Below, piece by piece: positions 28,040 to 37,532 of a stretch of 64,000 nt of DNA; the first letter of the stretch is position 1; each line of letters opens with the position of its first letter. A program made the translations under genes and the position numbers. This stretch comes from Bacteroidota bacterium (GTDB lineage Bacteria > Bacteroidota > Rhodothermia > JANXDC01): the NCBI GenBank assembly GCA_025998875.1, contig AP024675.1, positions 629,589 through 693,588 on the forward strand, given 5' to 3'. Below the pieces are notes generated by a model. The model saw only the letters and a list, made by a program, of their open reading frames with translations, was not told where the DNA came from and did no database searches.

Positions 28040-28834
28040 ATGCAAGAGCATACCTTCGAGGTTCTTCGCCAGGCCGCTCGCCGGGCTGCCGAGCGGAGTT
28101 ATGTGCCCTACAGCAGGCGTCCTGCGGGATGCGCACTCTGGACGCGCTCTGGAACCCTGATCCTGGGCGCTCGGGTGGAAAACGCTTCCTATGGGCTGCT
28201 CATCGACCCCCTACAGAACGCCCTCAGCACGGCCTTTGCCTACGGGGAAAGGGATGTGGTCGCCGTAGCGCTCACGGAACCCTGCACGCTGGCCGATCTG
28301 GATCTGTGTGCGGGCTGGTTAGAGGAGGCCTGGATCGTGGACCCTGAGGGGGTAGGTCTGCTCTCCGAGCGGACTGGCCGCTCTGTATCGGTCACGGTGG
28401 CGTTGCCCGAGGCATGGCGTGAGCTGGATCCTTTTCTGCCCGCCCATTCGGACACCGACGGCCTCTCTCTGGCCCGGAAGGCGGCCCGGCAAGCTTATGC
28501 TCCGGAGTCCGGCTTCCGGGTAGGCTGTGCGCTACAGACAGCCGACGGGCGATGGCTTCTGGGCTGCAACGTGGAGCAACGCAATTGGCGTCACGTGCTC
28601 TGTGCGGAGCGTAACGTCCTGAGCACCTGGATATCCTACCGAGGGGCTCCGGTTACGGCGCTGTACATCTGCACCGCCGAGGCCGCTTACTGTCCTCCCT
28701 GCGGGGCCTGTCGGCAGGTGATGGCCGAACTGGCCCCGGAGGCCGAGGTCGCGCTGGCCGGGGGTGTGCACACCTCGAGCGCCGCGCTGCTGCCCCTCTC
28801 CTTCCATCCCGGTCTGCTCATCGGACAGCCATGA
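28040..28834 (+). CDS. cdd: tandem-domain cytidine deaminase: N-terminal ligand-less pseudo-domain plus C-terminal catalytic domain
   Basis: The C-terminal half carries CAERN and PCGACRQ zinc/catalytic motifs. The N-terminal half has the CDA fold pattern (...YVPYS...GARVENASYGL...) but lacks the Cys/His/Glu ligands. ATG verified at 28040. Confidence 0.75.
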   Translation: MQEHTFEVLRQAARRAAERSYVPYSRRPAGCALWTRSGTLILGARVENASYGLLIDPLQNALSTAFAYGERDVVAVALTEPCTLADLDLCAGWLEEAWIVDPEGVGLLSERTGRSVSVTVALPEAWRELDPFLPAHSDTDGLSLARKAARQAYAPESGFRVGCALQTADGRWLLGCNVEQRNWRHVLCAERNVLSTWISYRGAPVTALYICTAEAAYCPPCGACRQVMAELAPEAEVALAGGVHTSSAALLPLSFHPGLLIGQP

Positions 28835-29898
28835 AACAGGTAGCTATTCTCGGTACTGGACTCATAGGCGCCACCCTCGGACTGGCCATCGGACGTCTGC
28901 GCCCCTCCTGGATCCGGATCGGATATGACCGGGCGGAGGTGCTTTCCGTGGCCCGCAGATGCGGCGCGATCGATGAACCAGCCACCTCGGCGGAGGAGGC
29001 GGTCCGGGAGGCCGATCTGGTGCTCCTAGCCACCCCCTTGCGCGCTATGGAGGCGCTGATCGAAGAGCTCGCCCCGCATCTGCGTCCGGGCACCCTGCTT
29101 ACGGACACCGGCAGCGTAAAAGCCCCCCTGTTACACCACGTCCGCCAGCATCTGCCCGCATCCGTCTACTTCCTGGGCGGACATCCCCTGGCCGGATCCG
29201 AGCGCCCTGGACCCGAACATGCCGACCCGCAGCGGCTGGAGGGGGCTTTTTATGTGCTCTGTCCGCGCGATGAGGAGAGCTGGCGGGCATCGGGTTTTTT
29301 TCTGGAGCTGTTGCTGGAAATCGGACTGCGCCTCCTGCGGCTGGACCCGGAAACCCACGATCGCATCGTGGCCATCACCAGTCATCTACCCCAGCTGGTG
29401 GCCACCGTGTTGATGCAGACCATCGGCGAGCTCTGTCGGGAGGAAGAGCCCATACTGGCGGGCGGAGGCCTTCGGGACATGACCCGTATCGCCGACTCCC
29501 CCTTTACGATATGGCGCGACATCCTGGAACAGAACCGTCCGGCCGTCCTGTCCGCCCTGAGCGCCTTTGTGCGCCACATGGAGCGGCTCTACAGTGAGTT
29601 GGAGTTTCGTTCCTGGCGCGCGATCGAAGCACGTTTTGAGCAGGCCCGGAACCACCGGAGCGCGTTGCGCACAGAACCAGCATCCCCGGCCTCAGCCGCC
29701 CTCCAGGTAGAGCTCCCGATCCGCTCCGGTTTCCTCGAGGCGCTGCTTGCATGCCTCGGCGAGCAGCAGCCTGTTGGTCTACAGCTTCAGGGTCGAGCCG
29801 ACAACAGGCTGCTGTATCTGCGCTTCCCGGGTGAGCCGGAAGCCCGGAACGCCCGGGAGCGCCTGCTTGAGGCCGGATACCGGGTCTCTGCCCCCTAG
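28831..29898 (+). CDS. tyrA: prephenate/arogenate dehydrogenase
   Basis: Rossmann N-terminus MKQVAILGTGLIGATLGLA, TyrA catalytic core and a C-terminal ACT-like region. ATGA overlap with cdd. Confidence 0.85.
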   Translation: MKQVAILGTGLIGATLGLAIGRLRPSWIRIGYDRAEVLSVARRCGAIDEPATSAEEAVREADLVLLATPLRAMEALIEELAPHLRPGTLLTDTGSVKAPLLHHVRQHLPASVYFLGGHPLAGSERPGPEHADPQRLEGAFYVLCPRDEESWRASGFFLELLLEIGLRLLRLDPETHDRIVAITSHLPQLVATVLMQTIGELCREEEPILAGGGLRDMTRIADSPFTIWRDILEQNRPAVLSALSAFVRHMERLYSELEFRSWRAIEARFEQARNHRSALRTEPASPASAALQVELPIRSGFLEALLACLGEQQPVGLQLQGRADNRLLYLRFPGEPEARNARERLLEAGYRVSAP

Positions 29899-31601
29899 CG
29901 GCGGCCCCGGGGCGAGGCGGGCGCCGGCGCCGGAGCCGGGCGGGGTACCAGCACCCGTCCGGGCAACGCGCCTGTAAGCTGCCCCTCGTCAACGACGGGC
30001 ACGCCGTTGACGAACACGTATCGGATCCCCTCGGCGTGCTGGTGGGGCTCAAAGAAAGTGGCTTTATCCTGGATTCGATCCAGCTCGAAGATCACCAGAT
30101 CCGCAAAGTAGCCTTCCCGGATGTAACCCCGATCTTTGAGGCCCAGAATCTGCGCCGGCAGTCCGGTCGAGCTTCGGATGGCCTGCTCCAGGGATATCAC
30201 CCCCCAGTCGCGAGCGTACCGGGCGATTTTGCGCGGGTAGGTGCCGTAATAGCGGGGATGAATAGCCGGACCATCCTCCGGTAGCGCAATACCGCCGTCG
30301 GTGGCCGTGGCCGTCCAGGGCTGTTGCATATAGAGCCGCACATCGAGTTCGTCCATCGAAAAGCCCCGCACTCGTGCCCCGCCTGGACGGTTGAAGCCCT
30401 CGCGCTGCAGTCGGATGGCCGCCTCTATGGGAGAGATCCCCCAGATGCGCGCCACCTCCGCCAGGGATTTGCCGATCAGAGAGGAATCCGGATACTCGAA
30501 GATCACGATGCGCTCCGCTCCCCCCCGGCGTTCGATTTCGTGCTGGATATCTATGCGCAACGCCTCGGGCCGCTCGGCCAGTACGCGCTCGAAATGCGCC
30601 TTATAATCCGGCCGCTGGCCATCGGATCCCCTTCCCAGACCGGCGAAGACCCAGTCGGGGATGAGCACGGTGTTGCCATCCGAACCCGAGGTGGTGTAGG
30701 TATACTGATCGGCGTAGACCTGCACGCCCTGTCGGCGCGCTTCCTCGATCAGGTAAATGGCCGCCTGGCTGGAGCCCCAGTATCCGTAGTTTTTCGCCTT
30801 GATATGGGAGGCCACCACGACGGCGCCCGTCTGTCGGCCGATCTCGATGGTCTCCTGCACGGCCTCCAGGAGTGTCGGCGGGCCCGGCGGATCCTGACTG
30901 GGCCAGTACCACATGGGCGTGCGCCCCTCACTGCGCTCATGGGCGATGTAGACCCCCCCATAGGGGACGATCTCCCGCACGAGGGCGATGAGCTCCTCGG
31001 TGGTGCTCCACCGGCCGGGCACGTATTCCAGACCGGCCGATAGCCCCCAGGCGCCCTCTTCCATCCCCTGGCGCACGAGCGCGCGCATGCGTTCGATCTC
31101 CTCCGGACGCGCCGGACGACGAAAGTCCTGCCCCATGACCATGCCCCGCACCGTGCCGTGGCCCACAAGCAAAATGGCGTTGGGCCCGATGCCAAGCTGT
31201 TCCATGGTCCGGCGTTGCTCGCCGATGGGCCACGGAGAGCGGCCGTCCTGGTTGACGACCACCGTGGTGATGCCCTGACTGACCACGTTCGGGGCACTCC
31301 GGCGACGTCGGTCCTCATGCCGCAGCCCCCTGTAGGTAGGCGAGCCATCATCGGCATGGGAATGCAGATCGATGAATCCCGGACAGACGTACAACCCCGA
31401 GGCGTCGATGACCCGACGCGCCGTGGCCCGGGACAGGTCCCCGATGGCCGCTATGCGATCGCCCCGAATGCCGATGTCGGCCCGATACCAGGGGTTCCCC
31501 GTGCCATCGAGTATGCGCCCACCGCGGATGAGGACGTCGAAATCCTGCGCCCGTCCCGTACCGACAGCAAGGGCCATCGCAAGGAGCACAATCCAGCGCA
31601 T
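29895..31601 (-). CDS. secreted N-acyl-D-amino-acid deacylase (D-aminoacylase) family amidohydrolase
   Basis: Signal peptide; ...VLIRGGRILDGTG...GFIDLHSHAD... amidohydrolase metal-binding motifs; 568 aa. Confidence 0.75.
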   Translation of the reverse strand: MRWIVLLAMALAVGTGRAQDFDVLIRGGRILDGTGNPWYRADIGIRGDRIAAIGDLSRATARRVIDASGLYVCPGFIDLHSHADDGSPTYRGLRHEDRRRRSAPNVVSQGITTVVVNQDGRSPWPIGEQRRTMEQLGIGPNAILLVGHGTVRGMVMGQDFRRPARPEEIERMRALVRQGMEEGAWGLSAGLEYVPGRWSTTEELIALVREIVPYGGVYIAHERSEGRTPMWYWPSQDPPGPPTLLEAVQETIEIGRQTGAVVVASHIKAKNYGYWGSSQAAIYLIEEARRQGVQVYADQYTYTTSGSDGNTVLIPDWVFAGLGRGSDGQRPDYKAHFERVLAERPEALRIDIQHEIERRGGAERIVIFEYPDSSLIGKSLAEVARIWGISPIEAAIRLQREGFNRPGGARVRGFSMDELDVRLYMQQPWTATATDGGIALPEDGPAIHPRYYGTYPRKIARYARDWGVISLEQAIRSSTGLPAQILGLKDRGYIREGYFADLVIFELDRIQDKATFFEPHQHAEGIRYVFVNGVPVVDEGQLTGALPGRVLVPRPAPAPAPASPRGRR

Positions 31602-31744
31602 AGACCCTCTCCTGCTCGATTATCCGGATGATGATAGTATCCCGCCCGGCTTTAGGCAATCGTCAGGGAGGTGAAACTTCGGTAACGAGCCGGAAACCCG
31701 GAACCGGAGCCGGACGTTGGCACCCCGGTACGGAGTAACCGAAG

Positions 31745-33121
31745 ATGCGCACCTACCTGGAAGAAGACCCCATCTGCGCCCTGGCCACTCCTCCCGGTCA
31801 GGGGGCGCTGGCCGTGATCCGCGTCAGCGGGCGGGGGGCCATCGAGCGGGTATCCTCCTGCTTCCGAGGCAAAGATCTGCGAACAGTTTCCTCCCATACG
31901 GTACACTTCGGACGGATCGTAAACGATCGCGGAGAGGTCATCGACGAGGTGCTGGCCACCGTCTTCCGCGCCCCCCGGTCTTATACAGGGGAGGACGTGG
32001 TCGAGATCAGCTGTCATGGAGGTTGGCTGGTAAGCCGGCTCATCCTCGAGGTGCTTATCCAGGCCGGATGTCGCCCAGCCGAGCCCGGGGAGTTTACGCG
32101 CCGGGCGTTTCTGAACGGCAAACTCGATCTGGCACAGGCCGAAGCGGTAGCCGATCTGATCCAGGCTAGCTCCCGATGGGCGCATCGGGTATGTATCGAG
32201 CATCTGGAGGGCCGGCTTTCGCAACGCCTGCGAGAGTTCCGGGATCAGCTCCTGCACCTGGTGGCCATGCTGGAGCTGGAGCTGGATTTTGCCGAGGAAG
32301 ATGTCGAATTCGCCGACCGGACCGAGCTGCTGCGCTTACTGGAAAGGCTTCACGCAGAGGTACAGAGGCTGGTCAGCAGCTTCGCTCTGGGAGAGACGAT
32401 CCGGGAGGGCGTATTGACCGTCATTGCGGGTCGGCCCAACGCGGGCAAATCCACCCTGCTCAATCAGCTGTTGGGTCGCGATCGGGCGATTGTGTCGGCC
32501 ATCCCCGGTACCACGCGGGATGTGATTGAGGATCAGCTCCAGCTCGACGGCTTGCTTTTTCGGCTTCTCGATACGGCGGGCATCCGGGATACGGGCGACA
32601 TCATCGAGGAGGAAGGCGTCCGACGCACCCTCCGCACCCTGGAACAGGCCCGGCTCCTGCTCTACGTCTACGATGCAACCGCGGGTTGGACGGAGGAGGA
32701 GGCCCGGTTTCTGGATGCGTATCGAACCCGACATCCGGATACGGCTGTGCTCGTGCTGGCCAACAAGATCGATCAGCTGTCCCCGGACTACAGACCGCCT
32801 GCCCCGGATCATCTGCCCATTTCCGCGCAGACGGGGCACGGTCTGGAGCGGCTCAAGCAGGCCATGGTGCAGAGCGTCATCGATCGGGGTAATCTGACCG
32901 AGGATTCCCTGCTCATCACCAACGCACGCCACTATGCCGCCCTGAAGCGAACCCTCGAGGCCCTGCAAGAGGCCCAAGAAGGCTTTCAGCAGAGGCTCCC
33001 CTCGGACCTGCTCGTCATCCCCCTCAAAAGCGCGCTGCACGAACTGGGCACGATCACCGGAGAGGTGAGTTCCGAGGAGGTGCTTTCGTACATTTTCTCC
33101 CGCTTCTGCATTGGAAAATGA
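31745..33121 (+). CDS. mnmE: tRNA modification GTPase MnmE
   Basis: G-domain (GRPNAGKSTLLN...PGTTRD) and the C-terminal CIGK motif. Confidence 0.95.
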   Translation: MRTYLEEDPICALATPPGQGALAVIRVSGRGAIERVSSCFRGKDLRTVSSHTVHFGRIVNDRGEVIDEVLATVFRAPRSYTGEDVVEISCHGGWLVSRLILEVLIQAGCRPAEPGEFTRRAFLNGKLDLAQAEAVADLIQASSRWAHRVCIEHLEGRLSQRLREFRDQLLHLVAMLELELDFAEEDVEFADRTELLRLLERLHAEVQRLVSSFALGETIREGVLTVIAGRPNAGKSTLLNQLLGRDRAIVSAIPGTTRDVIEDQLQLDGLLFRLLDTAGIRDTGDIIEEEGVRRTLRTLEQARLLLYVYDATAGWTEEEARFLDAYRTRHPDTAVLVLANKIDQLSPDYRPPAPDHLPISAQTGHGLERLKQAMVQSVIDRGNLTEDSLLITNARHYAALKRTLEALQEAQEGFQQRLPSDLLVIPLKSALHELGTITGEVSSEEVLSYIFSRFCIGK

Positions 33122-34425
33122 GGCGGACCGGCTGGCCATATCTGGCCGTGTTGCTGCTCGGCCTTTACTGCGACAGGCCCATGGTCGCCGTAGCCCCCCC
33201 GGAGATCACGGTGCTGGAGCCCGACCCGAATACGGTCATCCGCACTGCGGAAGTAGACCTCCGGGTGCGCGCCACCAGTTTTCGGCCCATCTCCGGCCTG
33301 TGGGCCAACGGCCTTCCGCTCGCCTACCGGGAGAGCGATCGGAGCTGGCATCTGCGGCTTGCCCTCCGGCCGGGTATAAACCGGATCGTGCTCGAGGCGG
33401 CTGATCTTGAGGGCGTCCGCGGTCGGGACACGCTCTACCTGCTTCGGCTTTCTCTGCGGATCCGCCGCGGTGCGGACATGCGCCAGGCGCGCGCCTTTCA
33501 CACCGCCACCCCGCTTGCCGATGGCACCATCCTCCTGGTCGGAGGACTAAGCCACCCGGACGGGGAGGCCATGGCCGAGGTGGAACGCTACGATCCCCGC
33601 ACGGGTCGTAGCTACCCTACGGCGGGCGGGCTCATCCGCGCCCGGGCCGGACACGTGGCCCTGCCCCTGAGCGATGGGCGCGTGCTTTTTTTCGGCGGAG
33701 CCCGACGATACCCCCCTCGAACGGCGGCCGATTTCGTTCGGGAAGCAGAGCTCTACGACCCGGCTACGGATCGTTTTCATCTCCTGCCCCTGGCGGGGTA
33801 TCCCGTCGATCGCGCGTTTTTTGATGCGGTCTGGTATCCCCACCCGAATGGCCCTTATATCTGGATGCTCGGCGGCTGGGGAGATCTGGCCCCCGCCTCG
33901 CCGGATTTTGTCCTCGGCATTCGCCAGGACGGACGCTTTTACCTGTTTCGCAACGATTCCCTTTCCCTCTACGGATCGAGCGGCGCCCCGCTGTACCTGG
34001 AACCCGCCTTCGGCCATCTGCTCCTGCCGCTCGGGGCGCGCACCTACGCCCTGCTGAATACGGCCTTCTACAGCGCAGGATCGACCTCGCAAAACCAACT
34101 GCTGGAGCTGGACCGGCCGCGCGCTCGGGCGTTGCGCCCCTTTCACCAGGCGCGCACCGGACACGCCGCCGCGGAGCTGCAGCCGGGGATCTGGCTTGTC
34201 CTCGGCGGTGCTGTTCTGACAGGCTCGATGCCGGGCTCGTTTGTGCCTTCGATCGAATGTTTCATACCGGCTCTGGAGCGGTTTTACCTGTACCCCGAAC
34301 CGCTTTTTCTTGCCCGAGCCGGGTTGCGTGCAACAAAAACCCCGGATGACCGAATAATGTTATCAGGCGGCTGGTCTGCGCAGGGCATCAGCCGCGCTGT
34401 GGAATGGATTGAGCTGGAGCGTTAA
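33118..34425 (+). CDS. secreted Kelch-repeat beta-propeller protein
   Basis: Repeated Kelch-like blocks (RAFHTATPLADGTILLVGG, RAGHVALPLSDGRVLFFGG, ...). ATGA overlap with the mnmE stop. Confidence 0.6.
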   Translation: MRRTGWPYLAVLLLGLYCDRPMVAVAPPEITVLEPDPNTVIRTAEVDLRVRATSFRPISGLWANGLPLAYRESDRSWHLRLALRPGINRIVLEAADLEGVRGRDTLYLLRLSLRIRRGADMRQARAFHTATPLADGTILLVGGLSHPDGEAMAEVERYDPRTGRSYPTAGGLIRARAGHVALPLSDGRVLFFGGARRYPPRTAADFVREAELYDPATDRFHLLPLAGYPVDRAFFDAVWYPHPNGPYIWMLGGWGDLAPASPDFVLGIRQDGRFYLFRNDSLSLYGSSGAPLYLEPAFGHLLLPLGARTYALLNTAFYSAGSTSQNQLLELDRPRARALRPFHQARTGHAAAELQPGIWLVLGGAVLTGSMPGSFVPSIECFIPALERFYLYPEPLFLARAGLRATKTPDDRIMLSGGWSAQGISRAVEWIELER

Positions 34426-34611
34426 ATGCGGCCTCTGGAATATTTGCTCAGGCTCATCGTCATCGCGCTCATCGCCGTGCTGGCGATTGGGCTTCTGGGG
34501 TTCCTCTTTGAGATCGGCATGGCCCTGCTGAGGCTCGCCTTTCGCGTTGCCCTCTTCCTCTTGTTTCTGGCCATTGTGCTTCGTATTCTGGCAGCACTGT
34601 CGAGGAGGTAG
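34426..34611 (+). CDS. possible small two-TM membrane protein
   Basis: 61-aa entirely hydrophobic/Arg ORF between the Kelch gene and the large exported protein. It could be spurious. Confidence 0.25.
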   Translation: MRPLEYLLRLIVIALIAVLAIGLLGFLFEIGMALLRLAFRVALFLLFLAIVLRILAALSRR

Positions 34612-34627
34612 CCGATCGGCGCTCTCT

Positions 34628-37531
34628 ATGGTGCGGCCTTTCTTTTTCCTGGCGCTGTGGCTTGGCGCCGGCGGCATGCTCTGGGCGCAGGGCTTTAGCC
34701 CCTGGAACAACCGCAATCATCCCGAACTGCGATGGCAGAGGCTGGAGAGCGCGCACTTCCGCATCGTATATCCAGCCCACCTCAGGCAGACGGCTCTGCA
34801 GGCGGCGGTCGTGGCCGAGAGCACGCTTGCGGCCCTGTCCCGTAACCTGAACGGATTTATACCCCGGCGCAGGCTCGGCCTGTATCTGAGCGATACGGAT
34901 GAGATCACCAACGGCTACGCCAGCCCCACGGGGAATGCCTTCGTGTGGGTACACGTTCCGGATGCGGCCGAGCTCTTCAGCGGCCCGGAAAAATGGGTGC
35001 GCAAGGTCGTCGCCCACGAAATCGCTCATCTGCTCCACCTGGAGGCCACCCGCACCCGGCTCGGCCTATGGGGCTACGTGCTCGGACGCCCCCTTCCGCG
35101 TTCTTTCGCCGAAGGGTTGGCCCAGTACTGGACGGAATCCTGGGATGTGCTTCGAGGCGATCTGTGGCTGCGCACGGCCGCCTTTGATGGACGCCTCTCC
35201 TATGGTGACGGGCAGTCCGCCTGGAGCGGTCGACTCCTCTACGCCGTAGGACACAGCCAGGTCCGGTATCTGGCCCAGCAGTACGGCGACTCCGTCCTGA
35301 GTCGTCTGCTGCGCTACCGAAACCGGCTGGGCCTGTATGATTTCCCGAGCGCCTTCCGGTTCGCCACGGGCCTCGATCGACACCAGTTCGAAGAGTCCTG
35401 GCGACGCACGGTACTGCGTCATTACGTGTTCCAGGAAACCCAGAGCCCGCCTCTGCCCAGAGGTCGACAGGACCGCTGGACCAGCGGACCGCGGTATGTG
35501 CACGAAGTCCGATACAGCCGGGATACCCAGTGGGTTGCCCTGAGCGGCCTATGGGATCTCGATGATAGAGAACGCGGCCTCTGGGTTCGTCGTGCCGATC
35601 CGAGAAGCCCTTTTCGCCTCATCGCCCGGGGTGTGGAGCCGTACTTTGGACTCCATCCGGAGGGCCGTGCGGTAGTATACGCCAAAACCGTACGCGATAA
35701 GCACGGGGGGCTCATCCGCGATCTCTTTCTCACCGACCTGCAGACCGGGCGCACCCGCCGACTCACCCGAGGGGCTCGAGCCGCCTATCCGGACTGGTCT
35801 CCGGATGGCTCCTGGATTGTGTACGTGCGATCCGAGGGTCAGGCGGCCAACCTGTGGCGCATACGCCCCGATGGCACAGATGCAGAGCCCCTGACGCGCT
35901 TCTCCGACGATACCCAGTGTCTGCATCCCCGCTACTCCCCGGACGGGCGCTATATCGCCTTTACGCTCTTCGATGCCGTGGGCAACCGGGAGATCGCCCT
36001 GCTGGATGTGGAGCGGCTCCTGGTCCTGCTGCTCACCCTGGACCCCCCGGATGATCGGGCGCCCGTCTGGTCGCCCGATGGCCGCTGGATCGCCTTCACC
36101 TCCTACCGTTCCGGAGTACCGAACATCTATCGCCTCCCCGTGGTGGGGAACAGGAGGCCGGAGGCGCTCACCCGCTTCGCCTACGGAACACGGGTGCAGG
36201 CCTGGCTGCCCTCGGGGGAGCTGGTAGCCATCGTCACCGCCTCTCGCGGATATGACCGCGTCTATCGTCTCCCGGTCCGGGAGGCCATCGGGGATCCGGA
36301 TAGCCTCTCCTCTCCATGGGGGACATGGACGCAACACCGTCCTCCCCATATCCCGCCGATTGCGCCTTCTGTTCCGGATTCCGGCCTTGTTCGTTTCGAG
36401 GGTCCGTATCGGAGCTGGCGTTACATCCGCCCGCTCATCGGAGGCCTTCTGCCCTGGTATGCCTCCCCGAGGAACTGGGGTGTTGCGGGTCTGTCGATCT
36501 GGATGGAGCCCCTGGGCCAGCACACGTTGCTCGGGCTCGGGGCCTTCGTCTTGCCCCGCCCCCGCCGATCCCTTTTCCTGTTCACCTACCGGAACGCGCA
36601 ACTGGAGCCCACGATCACCTTTTCGGTCGGACGCCTTCCCAGCTACGTGGCCTTTTCCGAAAAAGGCGAGCTGGCGCTGGAAACCGCCACCTACACCGAA
36701 TTGAATCTGCGCCTGCCGATAAACGCCCTCGATGCCCCACCCCAGCAGGCCGCCGCAGGCCTGCGGCTGCGTCACGCAAAATACGAGACCCCGCATCCGG
36801 AAGCCTTTCGGAGCTGGCCAGAAGCGATTCGGCCGGGATACGGGATCCTGAGCGAACTCGTCCTCTGGGGCGCGGTGCGCTACGAGGCGCCTTATGGGCT
36901 CGGCACCATACTGCCCCTCAGCGCCCGCGGCCTGCGCCTGCAGTACCGGCTCTCCGGTCCCCTGTGGGGGAGCCGATCAAACCGCTTCCGTGTCGATGTG
37001 GACGCTTTCCTGTCCCACCCCATCGGGCGGGGCTGGGTGCTCTACGGAAGAACCCTGATGGCCTATCGTTCCGGAGCCGACCTGCCCCGGGAGTACATCG
37101 GATTCAGCCGTGGGGATTACGTCTCCATCGCTCCCTCCGGGCTGCCGGTACAGACCTCTGCTTTCGGGGAATTGTGGCCCTACCGGCCCCGGGTGCGCGG
37201 CTATCGATCTCTGGCTTACGGGGAACGGATGGGGTTCGGCACCCTGGAGCTCAGAAAACTGCTCACCCGCAGTGCGCGCACCACGTTTTTCGGGATAATC
37301 CAACTTGGCGGGCTGAGCGGAGCGGCCTTTCTGGAAGGGGGGATACTCTGGGACAGGACGGGCAGAACCGTAACGCAACGCCTAGGGGCCGGGGTGGAGA
37401 TAAAAAACGAGCTCCGAGTCGGGACGATCCGCATCGCGCACGCCTTCGGCCTGGCCTGGCCGCTGACGGCAGGGGCATCCCGACCCCGGGAGGGGTACTA
37501 TCGCATCCAGGCCAGCTTGCCGGTCTGGTAG
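34628..37531 (+). CDS. large exported multidomain protein: zincin-like HExxH domain, TolB-type beta-propeller, C-terminal beta-barrel-like region
   Basis: Signal peptide MVRPFFFLALWLGAGGMLWAQG. HEIAH...EGLAQY gluzincin motif. Repeated WSPDG.../YSPDGR... TolB-like blades. About 350 aa at the C-terminus with alternating-hydrophobic beta pattern ending ...YRIQASLPVW. ATG verified at 34628. Confidence 0.6.
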   Translation: MVRPFFFLALWLGAGGMLWAQGFSPWNNRNHPELRWQRLESAHFRIVYPAHLRQTALQAAVVAESTLAALSRNLNGFIPRRRLGLYLSDTDEITNGYASPTGNAFVWVHVPDAAELFSGPEKWVRKVVAHEIAHLLHLEATRTRLGLWGYVLGRPLPRSFAEGLAQYWTESWDVLRGDLWLRTAAFDGRLSYGDGQSAWSGRLLYAVGHSQVRYLAQQYGDSVLSRLLRYRNRLGLYDFPSAFRFATGLDRHQFEESWRRTVLRHYVFQETQSPPLPRGRQDRWTSGPRYVHEVRYSRDTQWVALSGLWDLDDRERGLWVRRADPRSPFRLIARGVEPYFGLHPEGRAVVYAKTVRDKHGGLIRDLFLTDLQTGRTRRLTRGARAAYPDWSPDGSWIVYVRSEGQAANLWRIRPDGTDAEPLTRFSDDTQCLHPRYSPDGRYIAFTLFDAVGNREIALLDVERLLVLLLTLDPPDDRAPVWSPDGRWIAFTSYRSGVPNIYRLPVVGNRRPEALTRFAYGTRVQAWLPSGELVAIVTASRGYDRVYRLPVREAIGDPDSLSSPWGTWTQHRPPHIPPIAPSVPDSGLVRFEGPYRSWRYIRPLIGGLLPWYASPRNWGVAGLSIWMEPLGQHTLLGLGAFVLPRPRRSLFLFTYRNAQLEPTITFSVGRLPSYVAFSEKGELALETATYTELNLRLPINALDAPPQQAAAGLRLRHAKYETPHPEAFRSWPEAIRPGYGILSELVLWGAVRYEAPYGLGTILPLSARGLRLQYRLSGPLWGSRSNRFRVDVDAFLSHPIGRGWVLYGRTLMAYRSGADLPREYIGFSRGDYVSIAPSGLPVQTSAFGELWPYRPRVRGYRSLAYGERMGFGTLELRKLLTRSARTTFFGIIQLGGLSGAAFLEGGILWDRTGRTVTQRLGAGVEIKNELRVGTIRIAHAFGLAWPLTAGASRPREGYYRIQASLPVW

Positions 37532-37532
37532 C

